From a virus (taxonomy: Duplodnaviria > Caudoviricetes): a stretch of DNA of 29,033 nucleotides. Below are positions 1 through 6,469 of this stretch, in pieces. Within the stretch, counting starts at the first letter, position 1, and each line of letters starts with the position of its first letter. The position numbers were made by a program, and so were the translations under genes. A model generated the notes under the pieces. It saw only the letters and a list, made by a program, of their open reading frames with translations. It was not told where the DNA came from and made no database searches. Location: positions 1 to 29,033 of the IMG/VR virus record IMGVR_UViG_3300031965_000118. One strand, given 5' to 3'.

Positions 1-351
1 TAACGGGTTTCTATTAAATAAATCCTTTGAGCCGTCATTTCGGGCAAATAATTCTATGCGAGGCATATCGCCAACTAATTCAACAATCTTATCTCTTGCT
101 TCGTTGGGTTTTTTACTATGTTTAGTTTTCGGGGCAACAATAACTTGGGACACAGAATTACTCTTAACTAATTTATGGGCTTGTCCTTTTGTCGCCAACA
201 AACATACTTCTATATTGCTTTTAGTATAATAACCTATTCCAAATAAAGGCTGTTTATTAACTGGATTTATTTTTAACCAAGTAAAGGCAATCGTTTTATA
301 CTCAAATCCCCACGCCTTAATGACTTCCCGTGCCTTGTTTCTTCGTTCAAA
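1..351 (-). pseudogene. MT-A70 family adenine methyltransferase, C-terminal portion only (runs off window)
   Basis: Hand translation of 351->1: ...AREVIKAWGFEYKTIAFTWLK...GIGYYTKSNIEVCLLATKG...HSKKPNEARDKIVELVGDMPRIELFAR..., typical of the MT-A70 C-terminal half. In-frame TAA at 354-352, no start codon and no DPPW catalytic motif. Confidence 0.75.
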
Positions 352-361
352 TTAAGCTTTC

Positions 362-691
362 TCATGTTTTTTTTATTAATTTTAAAAATTTAATAGGAAT
401 TTTGAGTTTTCTCGCCCGGGCTATTTCTTTTTGTGTTCCTTTACTGTTCTCGCTATTCGGCAGGACCCAAATCTCGTCGCAAACTTCAAGCCAAGCCATG
501 GAGTATCGCTGATAGTCTTCTACTGTCAGGGTATTATCGTGAAACTGGAACTGGAAATCTAGCCATGGGCAGAATGGAATACCTCCGGCCCTTAGTATCT
601 CAACACATTTTTTTGTGCCGGCGCTGATATTGTTTAGAATATCTATGATATTGTTACCGCTGTAACTGCCGGCGACATAGATTCTTTTCAT
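362..691 (-). CDS. DUF4406/DUF1937-like (nucleoside 2-deoxyribosyltransferase-like fold) phage protein
   Basis: RIYVAGSYS...PFCP...WLEVCDEIWVLPNSENSKGTQKEIARA..IPI pattern; ATGA overlaps at both ends. Confidence 0.7.
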   Translation of the reverse strand: MKRIYVAGSYSGNNIIDILNNISAGTKKCVEILRAGGIPFCPWLDFQFQFHDNTLTVEDYQRYSMAWLEVCDEIWVLPNSENSKGTQKEIARARKLKIPIKFLKLIKKT

Positions 692-1446
692 AGTTTCCGT
701 ATATCCTTTTTAGTGAATTTTCCCCAGCGACAATTAATTTCTGGCGGACATTCCTGACAGACGCCTTTACCCAGTCGCTTGGTGAACTTAGGGTTCTGGT
801 CCAAATGTTTTAGTGTTGCTTTGATTATTTTTTCTTCGTGCCGGAATCTTCGCTGATCGACCTCATAAACCCCGAATTTCATCTTGGGTGTCTTATCAAT
901 AGCGATTATATAACATTTGAATTTCTTGATTCCCTTAATCCCAGCCTGCTTAATCAGCCAGCGGTAATACGCCATTTGAAAGTAATAACCATAGTCCTCT
1001 ACTGTATAATGGATTTTATCCAAATCCGCCGTTGTTTTAAGGTCAGCGATATAACCTATCCCACGCCTGATCCCGAAGTAATCCAGCATACCCTTATACT
1101 TATCAGTCATGATAATCGTCTGGTTATCCATCCAACTAAACGTTTCCATTACCGGCTGGGCTTTAATCTTGGCTGCCAGAGCCTCTATATTAGCCGACAT
1201 CGCGCCGGTTAGCTGGATTTTACCTTCTTCTCCGCTCCTTCGCTTAACTACCTCAAATTGAGCGTTATAGGCTAATCTGCCCTGTGTTATGAGACAGTCC
1301 ACGGCTTTGCCGACGGTAAAAGTATCGGTTGTTGGCGGCTGATACGACCGGTCAACATAAATAGCCTTATAGAGACCAGGACACTGGAGATAAGTTTTCA
1401 GGCCACTTTGCGAGACGCGGGGATCATTGTAATAATTATCTGACAT
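688..1446 (-). CDS. PD-(D/E)XK RecB/AddB/Cas4-like exonuclease with probable 4Fe-4S cluster
   Basis: SQSGLKTYLQCP, GMLD, DLKT, YYFQMAYY motifs and C-terminal CQECPPEINC. Start moved to ATG 1446 because the upstream extension in the ORF track lies inside a structured element. Confidence 0.8.
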   Translation of the reverse strand: MSDNYYNDPRVSQSGLKTYLQCPGLYKAIYVDRSYQPPTTDTFTVGKAVDCLITQGRLAYNAQFEVVKRRSGEEGKIQLTGAMSANIEALAAKIKAQPVMETFSWMDNQTIIMTDKYKGMLDYFGIRRGIGYIADLKTTADLDKIHYTVEDYGYYFQMAYYRWLIKQAGIKGIKKFKCYIIAIDKTPKMKFGVYEVDQRRFRHEEKIIKATLKHLDQNPKFTKRLGKGVCQECPPEINCRWGKFTKKDIRKL

Positions 1447-1461
1447 ATATTTTTTGACGAA

Positions 1462-1523
1462 CCGGGGGGTGAGAGATAGGCGAATGGCTCTCAAACGCCT
1501 AGCGGCTTTGCCGCGACCCCCGG
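1462..1523 (-). ncRNA. Putative structured cis-RNA (hairpin plus H-type pseudoknot closed by an outer helix)
   Basis: Perfect pairings: 1462-1468/1517-1523, 1470-1475/1488-1493, 1477-1482/1496-1501 (crossing), 1502-1506/1510-1514. Confidence 0.5.
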
Positions 1524-1534
1524 CTAGTCAAAGA

Positions 1535-1564
1535 AACCCAATCAAAGATTTCTTTGATTGGGTT
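1535..1564. terminator. Perfect 13-bp hairpin immediately after the SSB-like gene stop (terminator or processing site)
   Basis: AACCCAATCAAAG-attt-CTTTGATTGGGTT; TCTTT follows on the minus strand. Confidence 0.5.
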
Positions 1565-1963
1565 CTAAAACTTCAGGTTTTCAATCGCTTCTTTTTCGTC
1601 TTCAATGATCGGGCCGAGATATAATTTAATAAGTTTATACTTATTAAGCGTAGGGTTTTTCCTTGAGGCCCGTTCTTCCAGGAACTTGAATTTCAGGAGT
1701 TGCCCAATAACCGCTTGTTTCATTCCCGGCTTGAAACAGGCTCGTTCCCAGACCCTAATTGGCGTGCCGTCTTCTTGCTCAACGGTAAAGACCATTTCGG
1801 TTTTGCCGGAAATCTCGTTGGGGATACTGTCAATTTGAGTCAGTTTCCCTTTGATTTCCTGCCCAACTTTTTCCCACTTAATGATTTCTCCCTGTGACGC
1901 TTCCTCAAAATTATCGTCTGCCCAGGGATTATCAGTCGCTTTTTTCTTAGTATCGTCTGCCAT
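1565..1963 (-). CDS. Putative single-stranded DNA-binding (OB-fold-like) protein
   Basis: 132 aa from ATG 1963; beta-rich KWEKVGQEIKGKL...VFTVEQEDG...KFKFLEE pattern, acidic tail, next to an exonuclease (inference). Confidence 0.45.
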   Translation of the reverse strand: MADDTKKKATDNPWADDNFEEASQGEIIKWEKVGQEIKGKLTQIDSIPNEISGKTEMVFTVEQEDGTPIRVWERACFKPGMKQAVIGQLLKFKFLEERASRKNPTLNKYKLIKLYLGPIIEDEKEAIENLKF

Positions 1964-2040
1964 ATTGTTTTTTTTCCTTTCTATGTGCCAACGTGGGGGA
2001 TACCCTGTTTGGCTTAATGAATATTTTTTAGTTATAGAGC

Positions 2041-2220
2041 TCAAAATATATCCTCAAATTTACAATCTAAAACTTCAATTAGGATTTTGATTTTTTTTAA
2101 GGTCGGGGCGTTATATCCCTGCGCTATCTGGTAAAAAGTGGAATATGGGATGCCTGACTTATACGCCAGCACCGTCATATCCAGTTCATGCTTCTTAATA
2201 TAGGATCGTAGTTTTGTCAT
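2041..2220 (-). CDS. XRE/Cro-like helix-turn-helix protein (59 aa, missed by ORF track)
   Basis: Hand translation: MTKLRSYIKKHELDMTVLAYKSGIPYSTFYQIAQGYNAPTLKKIKILIEVLDCKFEDIF*, a canonical HTH_3 layout. Confidence 0.85.
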   Translation of the reverse strand: MTKLRSYIKKHELDMTVLAYKSGIPYSTFYQIAQGYNAPTLKKIKILIEVLDCKFEDIF

Positions 2221-2258
2221 AGAGGTGTGAAGATTTCTCCTGTCTCCAGGTGGTATTC

Positions 2259-2283
2259 AGGGAATTATATACAAAGTTACCCT
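2259..2283 (+). repeat. Inverted repeat, tnpB 3' side
   Basis: 25/25 match to the reverse complement of 3471-3495; contains the tnpB stop codon. Confidence 0.95.
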
Positions 2284-2400
2284 TGTGCATATCCGTGTTT
2301 CATAGACAACCGTTTCGTTCGCGCCGAAGCGCGAGCCAGAGCGTTCGTCTCCGCACCAAGCTGTTCCCCAGCTTGCTTGAGGATGTTTTTTGCCGCGTTC
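2260..2400 (-). ncRNA. Putative TnpB omegaRNA (reRNA) scaffold; 5' boundary approximate
   Basis: Overlaps the tnpB 3' end, as known for IS200/IS605 omegaRNAs. Minus-strand UCGCGC-UUCG-GCGCGA hairpin (2334-2319) and a GUAA-capped hairpin (2291-2266). Confidence 0.55.
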
Positions 2401-3434
2401 ACGTCCCTGTCATGTACCGCCTCACATCTCGGACACGTCCACTCTCTTGCGGAGAGCGGTAGGGACGGCATGACAAAGTAGCAAGATGAGCACATTTTGG
2501 AGCTGGGGAAAAACCGATCTATCTTGACCATCTTTCCGCCGTTCCATTCCTGCTTGTATCCGAATTGCCGGACGAGTTCTCCCCATCCGACATCGGCTAT
2601 TGAACGCGACAATCGCCTGTTTGCCATCATGTTCTTTACAGCCAAGTTCTCTAAAGCGATTATGGCGTGGTTCTTGCCGACAATCGCTTTTGAAACATGA
2701 TGCAAGCGGTTTTTCCTCTTGTTCGCGACCTTTAGGTGCAGACGCGCGAGAAGGATTTTTGCCTTCCTGCGGTTTGCGCCACCTTTCAATTTCCTTGAAA
2801 GATTCTTTGACGCCGAACGAATCCGCGCCAAAGAGCCGCCCAATGAACGTTCATTTTCGTGTTTCTCACCGTCAGATGTAACCGCAAGATGGTTCAATCC
2901 CATGTCAACACCAATACTGCCTTTCAAGCGCGGTGTTTTTCGTTTTTCTGTTGCTATCGTGGACGCCCACCAGTTACCGGCCGTATCTCTTGTCACCGTA
3001 AGCGTCCCCTCCCGTTTTGCTGGAAACGCACCACGGAAACGAACAGACACGCCATCCATGATGTTGACGTGGTTCCCGTTAATGCTCCAGCCCATAACCT
3101 TGCGCATTGATTGTTTGCCGTTCTTCTTGTGAAAGTTTGGAAAACGCGCTTGCTTTCTAAAGAAGCGATTATAGGCGACGTCAAGGCAACGGAGCGACTG
3201 CTGAAGCGGCTGGAATTGAACGCTCCGCATCCACTCGGTTTCGTGCCGGAGTTTTGTGAGTTCTTTGCTCATGGTGAGGTAAGTGATATTTTTCCCTGTT
3301 TCAAGATAGGTTGTTTTTTTCTTGTCGAGAAAGTAGTTATAGACGAACCGACACGCATCAATGTGCCGAAGTAGCACCTGTTTTTGCGAACAGCTAGGAT
3401 AGAGTTTTGCCCGGTAGCCACGAGTGATGGTCAT
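2277..3434 (-). CDS. tnpB: RNA-guided endonuclease TnpB (IS200/IS605 family)
   Basis: N-terminal HTH (YRAKLYP..Q...CRFVYN), RuvC-I GVDMG, RuvC-II ALENL, zinc ribbon CSSC/CPRC, RuvC-III HDRDVNAAKNI; catalytic residues intact. ATG 3434 preferred over TTG 3449. Confidence 0.95.
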   Translation of the reverse strand: MTITRGYRAKLYPSCSQKQVLLRHIDACRFVYNYFLDKKKTTYLETGKNITYLTMSKELTKLRHETEWMRSVQFQPLQQSLRCLDVAYNRFFRKQARFPNFHKKNGKQSMRKVMGWSINGNHVNIMDGVSVRFRGAFPAKREGTLTVTRDTAGNWWASTIATEKRKTPRLKGSIGVDMGLNHLAVTSDGEKHENERSLGGSLARIRSASKNLSRKLKGGANRRKAKILLARLHLKVANKRKNRLHHVSKAIVGKNHAIIALENLAVKNMMANRRLSRSIADVGWGELVRQFGYKQEWNGGKMVKIDRFFPSSKMCSSCYFVMPSLPLSAREWTCPRCEAVHDRDVNAAKNILKQAGEQLGAETNALARASARTKRLSMKHGYAQG

Positions 3435-3440
3435 GAATAC

Positions 3441-3469
3441 ATGATACAAAATCTATGTTTTTTTGTCAA
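3441..3469 (-). promoter_or_regulatory. Sigma70-type promoter for a probably leaderless tnpB mRNA
   Basis: TTGACA (3469-3464), 17 bp, TATCAT (3446-3441), 6 nt before ATG 3434. Confidence 0.7.
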
Positions 3470-3470
3470 T

Positions 3471-3495
3471 AGGGTAACTTTGTATATAATTCCCT
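3471..3495 (-). repeat. Inverted repeat, tnpB 5' side
   Basis: AGGGTAACTTTGTATATAATTCCCT, exact reverse complement of 2259-2283. Confidence 0.95.
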
Positions 3496-3522
3496 TTTTT
3501 TATTACATTGGGGACAGAGCAT
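3496..3522 (-). pseudogene. 5' stub of a small CxxC ORF (MLCPQCNKK) interrupted by the tnpB element
   Basis: ATG 3522 is coupled to the upstream stop (TAA-T-ATG); the reading frame meets the IR at 3495. Confidence 0.5.
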
Positions 3523-3523
3523 A

Positions 3524-3640
3524 TTATTCCTCCTCAATCATCGTGTCGCAGACCGGGCAGTAGCCGATCTCTTCAATATACCGGGCGTTATCAAGGTTTA
3601 TCGCCGGCTGATTGCAGCGGGAGCAGGTTGTGTCTAGCAT
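3524..3640 (-). CDS. Small zinc-binding protein (38 aa)
   Basis: MLDTTCSRCNQPAINLDNARYIEEIGYCPVCDTMIEEE*: two CxxC motifs, TAA-T-ATG coupling on both sides. Confidence 0.6.
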   Translation of the reverse strand: MLDTTCSRCNQPAINLDNARYIEEIGYCPVCDTMIEEE

Positions 3641-3641
3641 A

Positions 3642-3749
3642 TTAATCGTCTATTCTTAGTCCATTGGCCTCTCCCTGATACGCCTCTGCTTTATAATGAT
3701 TAGGAAACTTACTTAATTTTTCTATGTATTCAGCAATAGTTAAGCTCAT
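3642..3749 (-). CDS. Small hypothetical protein (35 aa)
   Basis: MSLTIAEYIEKLSKFPNHYKAEAYQGEANGLRIDD*; A-rich leader, downstream of a promoter, coupled to the next ORF. Confidence 0.5.
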   Translation of the reverse strand: MSLTIAEYIEKLSKFPNHYKAEAYQGEANGLRIDD

Positions 3750-3789
3750 ATTTTTTTAAGGTTTAGACAAAGGTGGAAAAGCTACTTCT

Positions 3790-3837
3790 ATCTTATATTA
3801 TTTTAAAACTCGTGTCAAGAGGACTGGCTGTGGATAA
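3790..3837 (-). promoter_or_regulatory. Sigma70-type promoter with upstream DnaA-box-like 9-mer
   Basis: TTGACA (3818-3813), 17 bp, TAAGAT (3795-3790); TTATCCACA at 3837-3829. Confidence 0.55.
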
Positions 3838-3844
3838 ATGATAA

Positions 3845-4420
3845 TTACGTGACTTTCAAAATATACCTTACGGCGTCCACGAACCCGAACCCCAGTATCT
3901 TCATCACGACATCAATGGCGTTGCTTGAAGTAGAACAGCTGAAACAATACGCGCCTCTGTCCCCCGGGTAAATCACCATACTGGGGTTTTTGTCGTCGTG
4001 GAAGAGACATCTGACCTTATGCCGGCTGTTGCCGCAGGCGATGGGGTTCTCCACCAGATGAAGACTCATGATGTCGGTCTCCCGCGCCTGCTGGATTTCG
4101 TTTTCGCCAACATACCGGTCGTTACGTCTTAGGTCCTGCGGCCAGCAAAGTGTCTCCAGCTGGAACTCAACGAGTTCCCGCTTCTTTTTTATCGGCTTAA
4201 GTTTCCAGTCAACCACCAGTTCCCTGAACCAAGTCAGGTCGTTTTCCGACGTTGATTCGGTCTCTATCAGAGCCAGGAGCGTTTTGATTCTGCCCGCTTC
4301 CGCCTGTAGCCAGTCCAGCTCGTCTTTCAGGTATTGTTTCCGGCAGTAGTCTTTTATCTCGGCCGGGATCGTTCTTTTGAATTCCCTAATGAGGGCTGTT
4401 AGGTGTTTTTGGTGGATCAT
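3845..4420 (-). CDS. CHC2 zinc-finger (DnaG zinc-binding domain) protein
   Basis: C-terminal CLFHDDKNPSM...YCFSC...NAIDVVMKILGFGFVDAVRYI; helical N-terminus; no TOPRIM domain. Confidence 0.85.
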   Translation of the reverse strand: MIHQKHLTALIREFKRTIPAEIKDYCRKQYLKDELDWLQAEAGRIKTLLALIETESTSENDLTWFRELVVDWKLKPIKKKRELVEFQLETLCWPQDLRRNDRYVGENEIQQARETDIMSLHLVENPIACGNSRHKVRCLFHDDKNPSMVIYPGDRGAYCFSCSTSSNAIDVVMKILGFGFVDAVRYILKVT

Positions 4421-4628
4421 TTTTTAGTCTTAATAATTCGTCGTATTGTTCTATCAGCTCTTTAGCACACTTAAATCCGCCATAGATATTGAACATTTCC
4501 CAGGTGATAACGATTTCATATACCCTGGAATCCGGGCTTGGCCGGACGGATGGTAAAACAAGATTCTTCCCGGCGTTTAATAATGGAAATGGATCAATTC
4601 CTCTCTCTTTCAGGAGATCGAGAATCAC
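4386..4628 (-). CDS. Hypothetical protein (possibly the 3' part of a frameshifted gene starting at 4729)
   Basis: 80-aa GTG-start ORF filling the operon gap. Confidence 0.4.
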   Translation of the reverse strand: MILDLLKERGIDPFPLLNAGKNLVLPSVRPSPDSRVYEIVITWEMFNIYGGFKCAKELIEQYDELLRLKNDPPKTPNSPH

Positions 4629-4737
4629 TTTCTTTTGTTTTGCTAGGGTGTCTGCCGTATCCCTCCCTGCCGCAATGGATCACCCAAGAGGTATCGGCTG
4701 TTCTCTAATTTAGTTATTGTTTTGGGCATTCCGTTAA

Positions 4738-6135
4738 CTAATAATTAAAATTTTGGTTAAGAACTTCTTTGTCTGGGTCAAGGGTGTCCTCCACGTCGTC
4801 CATACCCTCTCTTTTCCTAAGATGATAGACGCTCCCCCCGTGTTTTCTGGTTTCAGATTTAACACAGTCTTGAAGGCTGGATATATTTCGGCCGAACCAA
4901 ACTGTGGCTTTTGCCTTATAATTATTATTTTGGCACCAAACCTTATATTCATTAAAAAGGATTCCTGAAGAAATTTTATTGACCTTGCTCGGATCAAAAA
5001 TATAGTTCTCCCGAATGAACCTAATAACCGATGAACTATCCTCTTCCAGCCCCGCCATTTCCTCCAAGGACGCTCCTGCTTTCGTAAAAACATAATTATT
5101 TTTCTGTAATCTTTTTAATCCCTCCAGCATCCAGCCGATTATGGGCGCCTTTTCTTCTCTTAGCTTATATTTAAGCTGGGTGTCTCTTTCCTTCACCGAT
5201 TCCCTCGTCCGATAAAATGGAATGAGCTGTAGCCGCCGTTTCATTGCTTTGTCCAGGTTCGTGAATTGCGGCATTTCGTTTGTCGTTGAGATGAATTTAG
5301 CATACGGGTGAAACTCAAACGGCGGTTCGTTTTTCCTTTCCCCCTGGATTTGTTCCCCACTTATCATCGCTTTCCATTTATTGTCGTCGAATATTTTACT
5401 TGATTCTTCCGAACAAATATTGGCGATTTTACCAACCAAAACTGCTGTTCCAAATCTTGAGGTTAATTGCTTTAGTGTGGCTGAAGAGACCAGTTTTTCT
5501 CCAAAGGCATAAATTATAAACTCGGTCAGGGTTGATTTCCCTGAAGCGGTCGGCCCGCTAAAGAAAAACGCTTGCCGGCCGCCCTCGTGAATGGTAAATA
5601 AACTACCGCAAGCTTCCTGTAATAAATCTATCAGCTCTGGGTCTGTTTGATTAAAATCGTATTTTGAAACAAGTGATGTCTTTAAATAATTCTCAAAGTT
5701 CGGCATTGAATTATTAAAATCAACAATATTACAGTCAATGTATTTAAAACCAAGAATATTTGAATTGTCCGGAGAGTGGGGGGTTATCTCGTGGGTGTCG
5801 GTATTGTATAGGCCGTCATTGAAAGCAAAATAATTATGAGCGAGTTCAAAGTCGGTATGTTTGGGCGCTAAAATTTCTACAAAATAAGAAACTTCTTTTA
5901 AAAAATGAGAGGTGAGGCTAGAACAATCGTGTCCATCCTTTTTTAAAAAATTCAATAAATCACTCGCCAGTTCTTTGGGACCTAATTTTTGATACCAATT
6001 ATTTTTAAATTTTAAAATCCGATCCCAAGTTTCACAAAAAATTATCCCGGCGCTTCTATGAAGATATGCTTCGGCCAACCCGTTAGGTTTTAGTCCTTTA
6101 GTAGGAGTGTCCTTTGTTTTTTCCTGTGTTGACAT
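4738..6135 (-). CDS. P4/D5-family phage primase-associated SF3 helicase
   Basis: D5_N-like FNDGLYN, Walker A GPTASGKST, Walker B NICSEE, KAMISGE, TTNEMP, AMKRRLQLIPF and a C-terminal winged helix. Confidence 0.9.
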   Translation of the reverse strand: MSTQEKTKDTPTKGLKPNGLAEAYLHRSAGIIFCETWDRILKFKNNWYQKLGPKELASDLLNFLKKDGHDCSSLTSHFLKEVSYFVEILAPKHTDFELAHNYFAFNDGLYNTDTHEITPHSPDNSNILGFKYIDCNIVDFNNSMPNFENYLKTSLVSKYDFNQTDPELIDLLQEACGSLFTIHEGGRQAFFFSGPTASGKSTLTEFIIYAFGEKLVSSATLKQLTSRFGTAVLVGKIANICSEESSKIFDDNKWKAMISGEQIQGERKNEPPFEFHPYAKFISTTNEMPQFTNLDKAMKRRLQLIPFYRTRESVKERDTQLKYKLREEKAPIIGWMLEGLKRLQKNNYVFTKAGASLEEMAGLEEDSSSVIRFIRENYIFDPSKVNKISSGILFNEYKVWCQNNNYKAKATVWFGRNISSLQDCVKSETRKHGGSVYHLRKREGMDDVEDTLDPDKEVLNQNFNY

Positions 6136-6247
6136 ATCTCTATCACGGCTTCAGTGAACTACCTTTGAGCTAAAGACCCAAGGGCTTCCTGTTTCACAGC
6201 TTCATCTACTGATGACAGCTCCACAGGCTTTAAATCGTAGTCCCTAC

Positions 6248-6344
6248 GACTTCAATAAAAAACCCAGAGAATGAGGCAGGTCAGCTGACTTATGGCTGTC
6301 GGACTTGCGCCCGATCCTCAATCTCTGGATTCTTTATTGAAGTC
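6248..6344 (-). ncRNA. Putative structured leader RNA upstream of the helicase
   Basis: 29-bp stem 6248-6276/6316-6344. Two of three mismatches are G-U wobbles only on the minus strand; it encloses a UCGGGC-GCAA-GUCCGA GNRA hairpin. Confidence 0.55.
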
Positions 6345-6372
6345 CTTTACCTGATAATTAAATTATATTTTA

Positions 6373-6401
6373 AGAATAATCCTCGGCGGGATTTTAGTCA
6401 A
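6373..6401 (-). promoter_or_regulatory. Leftward sigma70-type promoter
   Basis: TTGACT (6401-6396), 17 bp, TATTCT (6378-6373). Confidence 0.5.
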
Positions 6402-6410
6402 GTGGAAAAC

Positions 6411-6454
6411 TTCTAATATACTCCCGCGGCCTTAGCCGTGGGAGTATATTAGAA
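6411..6454. repeat. 20-bp palindrome/hairpin with one G-T mismatch
   Basis: TTCTAATATACTCCCGCGGC-ctta-GCCGTGGGAGTATATTAGAA. Confidence 0.85.
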
Positions 6455-6469
6455 TTACCAAAAATACCC

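Larger units (their letters stand above)
2259..3495 (-). mobile_element. tnpB-only element bounded by perfect 25-bp terminal inverted repeats
   Basis: AGGGAATTATATACAAAGTTACCCT at 2259-2283 and its exact reverse complement at 3471-3495. Contains only a promoter and tnpB; no transposase and no target-site duplication. Confidence 0.8.

Noticed and set aside
1462-1523. tRNA, or HDV/pistol/fluoride-riboswitch identity for the structured element
   Set aside because: No T-loop or acceptor pattern, and helix order and conserved nucleotides do not match those families as I recall them
2227-3374. Plus-strand ORFs antisense to tnpB as a hidden transposase
   Set aside because: No HUH/Y1, serine recombinase or DDE motifs; they look like shadow ORFs
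6160-6252. Protein-like minus-strand frame RRDYDLKPVELSSVDEAVKQEALGSLAQR
   Set aside because: Preceded by an in-frame stop with no convincing start, about 30 codons, and lies in the helicase leader
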